DNA from: Eledone cirrhosa
Taxonomy: Eukaryota
DNA length: 64,000 nucleotides
Direction: 5' to 3'
NCBI GenBank assembly: GCA_964016885.1
Contig: OZ024755.1
Coordinates: 32,550,001-32,614,000, forward strand
Shown here one piece after another: positions 16,352 through 28,000 of this stretch. The notes under the pieces are model-generated. The model was not told the DNA's origin. It saw nothing but the letters and a program-made list of their open reading frames with translations, and did not search any database. The position numbers and the translations under genes were made by a program. Each line of letters opens with the position of its first letter. Position 1 is the stretch's first letter.

Positions 16352-16440
16352 CCCCCCCCCCTCCCGGTATTCGTGGGGGTTATGTTCCAAGAGCACCCGC
16401 GAAGAGTGAAAAACCATGAATATTGGACGTGGTCCATAAA
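16352..16440 (+). mobile_element. Tigger/pogo-like terminal inverted repeat fragment
   Basis: ccctcccggtattcgtgggggttatgttccaagagcacccgcgaa resembles MER2/Tigger-type ends (from memory); partner TIR not clearly seen. Confidence 0.45.
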
Positions 16441-16515
16441 AATACCTATAAATGTCAAAATATAACGTAGAATATAGGCCGGCAAATACGGTATATTGTT
16501 GTTATTAATAATTTA

Positions 16516-16703
16516 GGGGCGGTGAATTGGCAGTATCGGTAGAGGGTCGGACGCCATGCTTTGACGCATAGAGTTACGGCCCTTGCCATTCTAAGTTCAA
16601 ATCCCGCCAAGGTTAACTTTACCTTTCATCCTTACGGGGTCGATAAAATAAAGTACCAGTAATGCACTGGGTAATTGCTGGCCTTGTGCCTAACGTAGAA
16701 ACA
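16516..16703 (+). mobile_element. Full-length SINE family A copy with 15-bp TSD
   Basis: TSD gttattaataattta at 16501-16515 and 16704-16718. Confidence 0.9.
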
Positions 16704-17208
16704 GTTATTAATAATTTAACATTAAAAAGCGTGAAAATATATATATACTGCCACGAAAAAAGGCATTAAAAAATTGTGGAAGATATTTATAATTCCGTCA
16801 ATATGTGATGGTTTCCATGGACAATTATTAATTAGGTTCTAAGGAAAATTCTATGAATAACTGGGACTGCAATGTAGATGCATGTGTGTGTGTTGTGTGT
16901 GTTGTGTATGTGTGAGAGAGTGTATATATATATATATATCGTTCACGATTCCACCGAATTTATATTCATAGAAATCTGGGACTTGTTTCCTTCTTCATCA
17001 CTTTCTGCTGCTTAAACCATTTTGTTTGTTTACCCTAGCGTCCCCTTTATTTACGTGTCCCAACGACTTTTTTTTTTTTAGCCGTTGCTCGCACCAACCT
17101 GAGGTATATGGCCTTTAATGCGACGAAATGCCTACGACGGTTGGATGGCCACTGATGAGGACAAACTTTTTCATATGTAACCCATTTGCAACGCCGCAGC
17201 TCCATTAT

Positions 17209-17240
<32 letters not shown>

Positions 17241-17242
<2 letters not shown>

Positions 17243-17557
17243 CTCCCATGGGTACAAGCTGAAGCATATAGACAATATGCCCCCACACCCCCCACTGTAA
17301 GGTGGTCGTGGAGGTGCCACGGCAAAAAAGCACCCAGCCCACACTGTAAAGTGGACGTGTAGGTGCCACAAAAAAGCACCCAGCACTCACTGTAAATGAG
17401 GTTGGTGTTAGGAAGGGCATCCAGCTGTAGAAATCAAGCCAAATCAGTTCCTGTATGAGCAAGGCATGGTCAGCCGACCAGACACTGCCCACAATAGGAC
17501 AACCCGTCTAACTCATGCTAGCGTAGAAAAACGGACGTAAAACGGTGATGATGATGA
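17241..17557 (+). mobile_element. RTE 3' UTR copy
   Basis: Near-identical to 1325-1640; (GAT)n tail. Confidence 0.85.
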
Positions 17558-17921
17558 TATATATATGGTTTGTACGTACACTTTTTTCATTGATTTCTTA
17601 GTGTAGTTGGTTGGTAAAATTCATTGTATCATATTTTATTGTATGTTTCCAATTTGTTTTGTAGTATTATATTCCCTGATGAAATCCTGTCTGTAAAGAA
17701 CCAAAATCATGCTAATCCTCAGCAGACAGCTGATTACAGGGCAGTGGTTTGGCAGAATTGCAGTATTTGTTCCAGGTATTTATGTTCTGAGATCAAATCT
17801 CACTGTGGCATATTTAGGTGAGGTCCCTGGTTTGACGATATCTCCCTCTCTCCACCTTCGAAATTCTGGAGAATCATAGGAACTGCACCTCCTTTCCTGA
17901 CTAAATAGTATAAACATTATA

Positions 17922-18277
17922 GAGGCACATGGCTTAGTGGTTAGAGCATTGGCCTTGCAATCGAAAGGTTGTGAGTTCAATTCTCAGACCGGGTGATGTG
18001 TTGTTTCCTTGAGCAAGACACTTTATTTCACATTGCTCCAGTTTACTCAGCTGTAGAAATGAGATGATATGGACTTGGTTCCCTATTATTCCACTGCAAA
18101 GTGGACGTGTAGGCGCCACGGAAAAAAAAGCACCCAGCACTCACTGTAAATGAGGTTGGTGTTAGGAAGGGCATCCAGCTGTAGAAATCAAGCCAGAATC
18201 AGTTCCTGTCCCACCCTTGCAAGCAGAGAAAAGCGGACGTAAAATGAAATGATGATGATGATGATGATGAAATGATG
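17922..18277 (+). mobile_element. Full tRNA-derived CORE-type SINE with RTE-derived 3' tail
   Basis: A-box tggcttagtgg, B-box gagttcaattc, CORE-like tccttgagcaagacacttt...ctcagctgtagaaatg, then the RTE 3' UTR motif and (GAT)n. Confidence 0.85.
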
Positions 18278-18627
18278 ATACATAGAGGACATACAAACAT
18301 ATATATATCTGAGCTATTTCTAGTTAATCTATATACTACTAAAACTCTGTGATTGTGTGCTTGTCTGTGTTATTGAGGGTAGTGTATTGTACATATACAC
18401 ATATAGATATCTCTAAACACATGTACACATATCTATGTGCATGAAAGAAAGAAAGTGGATATAAAGTGAGGAATGTTAAAGTGAAAGAAACCTGAAGCTA
18501 TGAATAACTTTGAATTTAATTTGTAAAATTGGTCAAAACTATTAAAGCTTCATTATCATCTATTAAAAATTAGATATGTATTAAGCAGTAAAGTTGGATT
18601 TATAACTTCTCAAATAGATAATAGTGA

Positions 18628-18866
18628 AATAATAACAATGAAAATTATTGTGCACTATAACTCACCAAAGCTGCATGTATAGTACGTAGAATAATGTAGA
18701 AGTGTCAGGAAAGCGAATGGTGTATGAGTCATAATATACACACAGATACATGCGTGCGCATTTATGAAGGGGGAATATCAGGTGTAGTATTGGCAAATTT
18801 CGGGAAGCATGGAAGTTGTGAAGAATGCAGTGTCCCGACAGCTAACAACCGATGCAGGAAGTTTGA
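18628..18866 (-). mobile_element. CR1-like LINE 3' end
   Basis: Homologous to 36296-36560; minus strand encodes KLPASVVSCRDT. Confidence 0.75.
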
Positions 18867-20221
18867 TGTATATATACAATTATTGAGACTTCATCTAACT
18901 GTTAATATATTGACTTCACTGTATTTTAGGCAATTAGAAATGAGTAGTCTATGAGCCATTTTTCTTTTTACTTAAGCAGAACACAATACAAGCTTTAGGC
19001 CCAATTGACACCAGAGATGGCAGAATGTCTGTTCAAATGTGATTTTATTTAATTATTTCTACTTCTATCAAGATTTGGTAGGTAATAAATCTCATCTGTG
19101 AACCCATATCTTTTCAAAGCCTCATTATAATAGAATGGATTAGTATTGAAAATTTACTAATTAGCAAAGATATTCATCTGTTGGCATATTCTTCCTCATC
19201 ATATAGAAGTTGCTACTCTTTTCTCAAAAATATTCTTCTCTGTTTTGGAACCCCCACTCGCCCAGTATCGATACTACAGAATTATTAAAAACTAAATCTC
19301 GTGAGACTTAACCAAACATGTAGTTAATTATAACATGGTTAAATGGAATATAAGAATAATGCCTGTAATCGTAATTATACAAATCCTAATGTATGTCCTT
19401 AGATTTCAATAATATTGTGTAACTTAACAAAAGCATTTAACTCTAGCATGCATATAATGGTTTCACTGTGAACAACTTCAAAATAAGATTCTATTGCCAC
19501 AGAAAATCCTTCAAGCACACACAAAGAAAAACACTACATTGCTATTGGGAAATATATGGAGATAAGAGGACAATTGTACATCCTTTTAAATAATGTGGTT
19601 CATATTGAAAAAAGCTAAGCCATGAGATAAAAAAAATCTTGTGATTTGTGTACAACTGAAGCACTTGAAATTCTCTTTACTATGGAATAAACACACAAAG
19701 AAAATAAATTCATGTAAACATAAAATATTTAAAATTGACCTAATGTTCCAGTCAAATAATTATGAATAAAAATAACCAGTGTTCTTTGGGACTTGAATTT
19801 ATCATTTCATCATCATCATCATCATCGTTTAACGTCCGTGTTTCATGCTTGCATGGGTTTGGACGGGAGTTTTCCCACTTGAGGCAAGAGTGGTTGTCTT
19901 GCTCGCATAGGACTGTCTGGCGGGTTTTCTACAGTTGGATGCCCTTCCTAACACCAACCAAATACCTCTACCCATAACAGGTCAAAATTGTAAACTATAG
20001 TTATGCTTTCAACTAATCTCGACTGATCTGATTTGCAACCCAGAAGTTGAAAATATTTATTTATTTGAATGTTAATGTTGTTCAATTTATTTTACCATAT
20101 CTTACCAATGTATTTATCTGTAATATGTCACATTATCTTTCTATCTTTCTACATTTTAACCATTTATATGTGTATATTGCTCTGTATATATGTATATATA
20201 TATAATTACAACAGTGACATA

Positions 20222-20273
20222 AACAGGTACTCAAGTTTCGTTGGGTTCTGGGCCCCAATTCATTCAGCCTGTC
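20222..20273 (-). ncRNA. Minimal hammerhead motif (one extra base in the core)
   Basis: gacagg-CUGA(A)UGA-attggg..cccaa(c/t)-GAAAC-ttga-GUA-cctgtt; lies in one arm and the loop of an inverted repeat at 20202-20349. Confidence 0.55.
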
Positions 20274-20697
20274 ATGAAAAAAAAAAAAAAAATTGGGGCC
20301 TAGAACCCAATGAAACTTGAGTACCTGTTTATGTCTCTGTTGTAATTATTTATACTAAACTTGTCCTATGTTTTGCCATTCACGTATATATATATATAAC
20401 TATATATATTATTTAACATCTATTTTCCCTGCTAGCAAGGGCTGGCTAGTAGTTAATCTCAGCTACTACTACATACACACACATATATATGTATATATAC
20501 ATGTATATATACATGTATATATACATGATGTGTGTATGTATGTGTCTAGGTAAACTGATATGATAAAGATATGGACAAATTTAATATTTTCTTCGTTGCT
20601 TTCTTCTTAATATAGATTATATATAATCCATCAATATTTCAATCAAACAGACTTTGATTTTTATGCAGTCATTTTATATGCACATTATTGTATAAAT

Positions 20698-21477
20698 TGG
20701 GTCGGACGCCATGCTTTCCAGCATAGTTACGTCCCTTTACGATCTGAGTTCAAATCCCGCCGAGGTTGACTTTGCCTTTCATCCTTACGGGGTCGATAAA
20801 ATAAAGTACCAGTAATGCACTGGGTATTTGCTGGCCTTGTGCCTAAAGTAGAAACAATTATTGTATAAATTGGAGTTGCCTTGAAATTATTTTTTTATCT
20901 CCTTTTCTTATATTGTATCTTAAGTTCCAGTTGTTGTTGTTGGATTGACAGAGTTATTAGAGGGTCAAACAAAATGCTCATAGCATAGAGTTACATCCCT
21001 TTACATTCTAAGGTCTAATCCTACCGAGGTTTGCTTTGCCTTTCATCCATACAAAGTCAATAAAATAAAGTACCAGTAACACACTTGGATTGATCTAATC
21101 GACATTCCGCTCCCCTTCAAATTGCTGGCCTTGTGCCTATAATAGAAACAATTATTATTATTGAGAGTTCGGTGGTCGGACGCCATGCTTTCCAGCTTAG
21201 AATTACGTCCCTTTATGATATAAGTTCAAATCCCGCCGTAACTTAACTTTGCCTTTCATCCTTACAGGGTTGATAAAATAAAGTACCAGTAATGCACTGG
21301 GATAATTGCTGGCCTTGTGCCAAAAGTAGAAACAAGGTTATTATTGAGGTTGGATGCCATGCTTTACAGCAAAGAGTTACCTCCCTTTATGTTCTGAGTT
21401 CAAATCCAATCGAGGTTTGTCCATATCTTTATCCATATCAGTTTACCTAGACATATACACACAAACATTTCTATGTA

Positions 21478-21515
<38 letters not shown>

Positions 21516-21825
21516 TCATGTATTTACCTTTCATAGTTTTGAGGTAAAAAAAAAAAAATTAAGTACCAGTAAAATACTGGGTCCAGTTATAATCAACTTT
21601 CACCTTCCCTTAAATATTGCACTCATTTTATTTATATCACATAATTGTTTCTACTTTAGGCCAGAATAAAGTTGACTAAATCGACCCCAGTGCATTACTG
21701 GTGCTTTATTTTATCGACCCTGTAATGGTGAACGGCAAAGTTAACGTCGGTAGGATTTGAAATCAGAATGTAAAGGGCCGTAACTCTATGCTGCGATGCA
21801 TTTGGCCCAACGCTCTACCGATACT
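20698..21825. mobile_element. Cluster of SINE family A copies (four on +, one on -)
   Basis: Repeated gagttcaaatccc...gcctttcatcc...gtagaaacaa. Confidence 0.75.
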
Positions 21826-22213
21826 ATAATATTACCTAATCTTCTAGTTGTACCAGATTTTTCAACTTCACAATTTTTAGCTATTTTTATTTCTCTTTGT
21901 TCTTTAACTGTGATTTTAAATATCGATTTTTTTTCCACTGGATTAATAGTTATATAGTCATTCATGTCTTTTTAGAATTAATATTTACTGATCTTAATAA
22001 ATATCGATTTTACATGTATGATTTGTATTTTAATATATAAAATCTTTTATATATAGAACGAGTATTTGTATGCCTTGTACATCTCTTTCTAACTCTCTCT
22101 TTTTCTCTCTGTCTATATATATATGTGTGTCTGTGTGTGTCTGTGCGTATAACACTACTATAAAATTATGTACCATAGAGAACAAAGATAAAAATGTAAA
22201 ATACAAACACTAA

Positions 22214-22244
<31 letters not shown>

Positions 22245-22406
22245 TATATACATATATAATATATATATATTTATGTTGGTTCACCACTGGATAGAACTGG
22301 TCATTCCGTATGGTCAACCTTGATGTAATATTAGGGAGAGCACTCGACGTAATGCAACTCACCCGTCTTCGTTTGTGTTGTTGGTGGTGCGAGTACGGAG
22401 TTAATT

Positions 22407-22812
22407 ATTATAAAATAACAGGAGGCTGGACTGGTGTAATTCCTTAAAGGTTTATTATACTATCAACATTTCAATGACTGGGTTCAGTATGAATCCGGTG
22501 ACATCATCAGGTATTCAAAATTTAACAAAGGAATATAATCCATGGAGCTGAAAAGGCAGATTGAGAAGAAGGCGGCCACCCATTTAGAAGTTTCTAGTTC
22601 AGTCGACCGCCCTCAAGACTTGAGGGCAATCGACCGAGGGTGGCCGCCTTCTTGTCAATCTGCCTTTTCAGCTCCATGGATTATATTCCTTTGTTAAATT
22701 TTGAATACCTGATGATGTCACCGGATTCATACTGAACCCAGTCATTGAAATGTTCATAGTATAATTAACCTTTAAGGAATTACACCAATCCAGCCTCCTG
22801 TTATTTTATAAT
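22407..22812. repeat. 175-bp-arm inverted repeat containing mirrored hammerhead motifs
   Basis: Arms 22407-22581 and 22638-22812 are near-perfect; the spacer holds a second hairpin gccctcaag-a-cttgagggc. Confidence 0.9.
22705..22762 (+). ncRNA. Minimal hammerhead motif (mirror copy on - at 22457-22514)
   Basis: atac-CUGAUGA-tgtcaccggattca tac tgaacccagtcatt-GAAAU-gttc-AUA-gtat. Confidence 0.6.
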
Positions 22813-22885
<73 letters not shown>

Positions 22886-23439
22886 TATACATACATACAC
22901 ACACACGTGTGTGTGTGTGTGTGTGTATATACATATAACACTACTATACATTTTATTTAATTATATACCATAGAGAATAAAGATAAAATTGTAAAATACA
23001 AACACCATATATAAATATATAGTTAGGGAAGCAGAAAATTGCTTTTTGTGATCCAGTTGTGGTTAAGAAAGCCAGTTTCATGGATGGTTTCAACGTACGG
23101 TTAGGGGTAACTCCACAAGTTTGTAAGAATTCCATTCAATCTTGGAGTATAAAGTATAAAAGAGAAAACACAGGTAAGCATTAAGAGAAGGATTTTATCC
23201 AGGTATTTACTCTTAATGCTTACCTGTGTTTTCTCTTTTATACTATATATATATATATTAAATTCTGTATGTAATATCTTTAAGATATCTATTTGGAATT
23301 AGCCCAAATCAATTAATTGATACAAGTTAATACACCAGATGTAATGTGTGTGTATATATATATATATGTGTGTGTGTATATATAGAGAGAGGAAGACAAA
23401 CAATGTTGGTGGAAATAGAGCCAGGGGTGAAATGGAATG

Positions 23440-23851
23440 AAGGCACATGGCTTAGTGGTTAGAGCATTGGGCTTGCAATCGAAAGGTTGTGAGTTCAATT
23501 CTCAGACCGGGTGATGTGTTGTTTCTTTGAGCAAGACACTTTATTTCACATTGCTCCAGTTTACTCAGCTGTTTGTTCCACTGCAAAGTGGTTGTGGAGG
23601 TGCCAAGCCAAAAAAGCACCCAGTCCACACTGTAAAGTGGATGTGTAGGCACCATGGAAAAAAAAGCACCCAGCACTCACTGTAAATGAGGTTGGTGTTA
23701 GGAAGGGCATCCAGCTGTAGCAATCAAGCCAGAATCAGTTCCCGTATGAGTAAGGCATGGTGAGCCGACCGGACACTGGCCACAGCAGGACAACCCGTCT
23801 AACCCATGCTAGCGTGGAAGAACGGACGTAAAATGGTGATGATGATGATGA
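23440..23851 (+). mobile_element. CORE-type SINE with RTE tail
   Basis: Same head as 17922; (GAT)n tail. Confidence 0.85.
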
Positions 23852-24111
23852 AACTATGTATAAATAAATATTATATATTTTTTATTTTAATATATTTATA
23901 TATAATATGTATCATTTGATATTTAATATACTATTATATTCTCTCTACTGCTTCCTCCCAACACCCCCTTTCACAACATCTGAGAGTTCTAGTCTGCTTT
24001 ATTCAAAAAGACATTTCTACTTATTATTCCACCTGAATAAATGTTAAGTTCATTGACAATAACATATAACAACAGAAAGAAATAATTTCTAGTTGGGTAA
24101 ATTTCACCAAT

Positions 24112-24523
24112 TAAACCTTTAGTATTTAAACCAGCTGTATCCAGGCAGAATTCTTTCACCTCTTTCTGTAACCGCCTACTCATACTGATGTTAAGGTATT
24201 GTTCTCAAAATAAATAATATCAAGATCTCATAGATTTGATATTATGTGAGATAATTATGTGAGGTAAAGCCTTTACCATGAAAATACAATAGTAAATATA
24301 GAGTAATGTAAATGCTAAAGAGTTAAACCAGCTGTATCCAGCCACAATTCTCTCATCTCTTTCTGTTCAAACCAACTATAACTGGTCACTCATACTTATG
24401 TTAAGATATTGTTCTCAAAATAAATAATATCAAAATCTCGTAGATTTGATATTATGTGAGATAAAGCCTTTACTGTGAAAATACTATAGTATATATAGAG
24501 TAATGTAAATGGTGAAGGGTTAA
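24112..24523 (+). mobile_element. Two tandem piggyBac-like MITE copies
   Basis: ttaa(a)cctttagtattta...taaatgctaaagagTTAA...gaagggTTAA. Confidence 0.7.
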
Positions 24524-24644
24524 AACACAATTCTTAGGAGTCAGAATGCTTCATTTTAAATGAATTATTTGCTTCACACACACACATACAAACACACGCG
24601 CACACACGCACACACGCACACACACACACTGTCTAAATGATTAG

Positions 24645-25062
24645 GTCCAACGTATTGAAAGCAGAGGCCGTGTGTGTATGGAGGAAGCTAGAGATGGAGA
24701 AGATGCTGAGCTGGATCTTGAGAATGGTGTAAAGTGAAGAGATGGAAGGTGCGAAAACGTTTTACCTTGGAGACATGTTGAGTAGAAAAGGTGGATCAGA
24801 CTTTGCACCAATATCTAGAGTGAGATGTACATGGAAGAAATTGCTGGAACTAAGTTGTGTGCTACTGTGGAGGGAATTATAGCTGAAATTGAAGGGAACG
24901 GTGTATGATGCATGTGTAAGAAGTACCATGATTTATGGAGGTGAGGTATGGGTGATGAACATGGAGCAGCAGAGAAGAATGGACACAAGAATGGTTTGGT
25001 AGGTGAGTGGAGTATCACCAAAAGAGAGGAAGACACACAATGTTGGTGGAAATAGAGCCAGA
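24645..25062 (+). pseudogene. Degenerate RTE ORF2, left flank of the 99-bp satellite
   Basis: FYLGDMLSRKGGS...RVRCTWKKLLEL...LKLKGTVYDACVRSTMIYGGEVW aligns with FCYLSDRINSGGG...VRTGWKKFREL...MKGRLYDACIRTAMLHGSETW of the RTE at 2799-3998. Confidence 0.85.
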
Positions 25063-28000
25063 GGAGAAATGGAATGAGATGGTTGGGTCATGTGTTGAGG
25101 AAGGACGAAAGTGCGTGGGTGAGAGGGACGATGAGAATAGAGCTAGTGATGAATGTTGTGAAGAGAAATGGAATGAGATGGTTGGGTCATGTGTTGAGGA
25201 AGGACGAAAGTGCGTGGGTGTGAGGAGTGATGGGAATGGAGCCAGTGATGAATGTTGTGAAGAGAAATGGAATGAGATGGTTGGGTCATGTGTTGAGGAA
25301 GGATGAAAGTGCGTGGGTGTGAGGAGTGATGGGAATAGAGCCAGTGATGAATGTTGTGAAGAGAAATGGACTGAGATGGTTGGGTCATGTGTTGAGGAAG
25401 GACGAAAGTGCGTGGGTGTGAGGAGTGATGGGAATGGAGCCAGTGATGAATGTTGTGAAGAGAAATGGAATGAGATGGTTGGGTCATGTGTTGAGGAAGG
25501 ATGAAAGTGAGTGGGTGTGAGGAGTGATGGGAATGGAGCCAGTGATGAATGTTGTGAAGAGAAATGGAATGAGATGGTTGGGTCATGTGTTGAGGAAGGA
25601 TGAAAGTGCGTGGGTGTGAGGAGTGATGGGAATGGAGCCAGTGATGAATGTTGTGAGGAGAAATGGAATGAGATGGTTGGGTCATGTGTTGAGGAAGGAT
25701 GAAAGTGCGTGGGTGTGAGGAGTGATGGGAATGGAGCCAGTGATGAATGTTGTGAAGAGAAATGGAATGAGATGGTTGGGTCATGTGTTGAGGAAGGATG
25801 AAAGTGAGTGGGTGTGAGGAGTGATGGGAATGGAGCCAGTGATGAATGTTGTGAAGAGAAATGGAATGAGATGGTTGGGTCATGTGTTGAGGAAGGATGA
25901 AAGTGAGTGGGTGTGAGGAGTGATGGGAATGGAGCCAGTGATGAATGTTGTGAGGAGAAATGGAATGAGATGGTTGGGTCATGTGTTGAGGAAGGATGAA
26001 AGTGAGTGGGTGTGAGGAGTGATGGGAATGGAGCCAGTGATGAATGTTGTGAAGAGAAATGGAATGAGATGGTTGGGTCATGTGTTGAGGAAGGATGAAA
26101 GTGCGTGGGTGTGAGGAGTGATGGGAATGGAGCCAGTGATGAATGTTGTGAAGAGAAATGGAATGAGATGGTTGGGTCATGTGTTGAGGAAGGATGAAAG
26201 TGCGTGGGTGTGAGGAGTGATGGGAATGGAGCCAGTGATGAATGTTGTGAAGAGAAATGGAATGAGATGGTTGGGTCATGTGTTGAGGAAGGATGAAAGT
26301 GCGTGGGTGTGAGGAGTGATGGGAATGGAGCCAGTGATGAATGTTGTGAAGAGAAATGGAATGAGATGGTTGGGTCATGTGTTGAGGAAGGATGAAAGTG
26401 CGTGGGTGTGAGGAGTGATGGGAATGGAGCCAGTGATGAATGTTGTGAAGAGAAATGGAATGAGATGGTTGGGTCATGTGTTGAGGAAGGATGAAAGTGC
26501 GTGGGTGTGAGGAGTGATGGGAATGGAGCCAGTGATGAATGTTGTGAAGAGAAATGGAATGAGATGGTTGGGTCATGTGTTGAGGAAGGATGAAAGTGCG
26601 TGGGTGTGAGGAGTGATGGGAATGGAGCCAGTGATGAATGTTGTGAAGAGAAATGGAATGAGATGGTTGGGTCATGTGTTGAGGAAGGATGAAAGTGCGT
26701 GGGTGTGAGGAGTGATGGGAATGGAGCCAGTGATGAATGTTGTGAAGAGAAATGGAATGAGATGGTTGGGTCATGTGTTGAGGAAGGATGAAAGTGCGTG
26801 GGTGTGAGGAGTGATGGGAATGGAGCCAGTGATGAATGTTGTGAAGAGAAATGGAATGAGATGGTTGGGTCATGTGTTGAGGAAGGATGAAAGTGCGTGG
26901 GTGTGAGGAGTGATGGGAATGGAGCCAGTGATGAATGTTGTGAAGAGAAATGGAATGAGATGGTTGGGTCATGTGTTGAGGAAGGATGAAAGTGCGTGGG
27001 TGTGAGGAGTGATGGGAATGGAGCCAGTGATGAATGTTGTGAAGAGAAATGGAATGAGATGGTTGGGTCATGTGTTGAGGAAGGATGAAAGTGCGTGGGT
27101 GTGAGGAGTGATGGGAATGGAGCCAGTGATGAATGTTGTGAAGAGAAATGGAATGAGATGGTTGGGTCATGTGTTGAGGAAGGATGAAAGTGAGTGGGTG
27201 TGAGGAGTGATGGGAATGGAGCCAGTGATGAATGTTGTGAAGAGAAATGGAATGAGATGGTTGGGTCATGTGTTGAGGAAGGATGAAAGTGAGTGGGTGT
27301 GAGGAGTGATGAGAATGGAGCCAGTGATGAATGTTGTGAAGAGAAATGGAATGAGATGGTTGGGTCATGTGTTGAGGAAGGATGAAAGTGCGTGGGTGTG
27401 AGGAGTGATGGGAATGGAGCCAGTGATGAATGTTGTGAAGAGAAATGGAATGAGATGGTTGGGTCATGTGTTGAGGAAGGATGAAAGTGCGTGGGTGTGA
27501 GGAGTGATGGGAATGGAGCCAGTGATGAATGTTGTGAAGAGAAATGGAATGAGATGGTTGGGTCATGTGTTGAGGAAGGATGAAAGTGCGTGGGTGTGAG
27601 GAGTGATGGGAATGGAGCCAGTGATGAATGTTGTGAAGAGAAATGGAATGAGATGGTTGGGTCATGTGTTGAGGAAGGATGAAAGTGCGTGGGTGTGAGG
27701 AGTGATGGGAATGGAGCCAGTGATGAATGTTGTGAAGAGAAATGGAATGAGATGGTTGGGTCATGTGTTGAGGAAGGATGAAAGTGCGTGGGTGTGAGGA
27801 GTGATGGGAATGGAGCCAGTGATGAATGTTGTGAAGAGAAATGGAATGAGATGGTTGGGTCATGTGTTGAGGAAGGATGAAAGTGAGTGGGTGTGAGGAG
27901 TGATGGGAATGGAGCCAGTGATGAATGTTGTGAAGAGAAATGGAATGAGATGGTTGGGTCATGTGTTGAGGAAGGACGAAAGTGCGTGGGTGTGAGGAGT

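Noticed and set aside
17090-17180. ctgagg/gaaa and ctgatga hammerhead-like words
   Set aside because: Could not build a complete core with stems II and III
17922-17995. tRNA gene
   Set aside because: SINE head with A/B boxes but no complete cloverleaf; continues into the CORE domain
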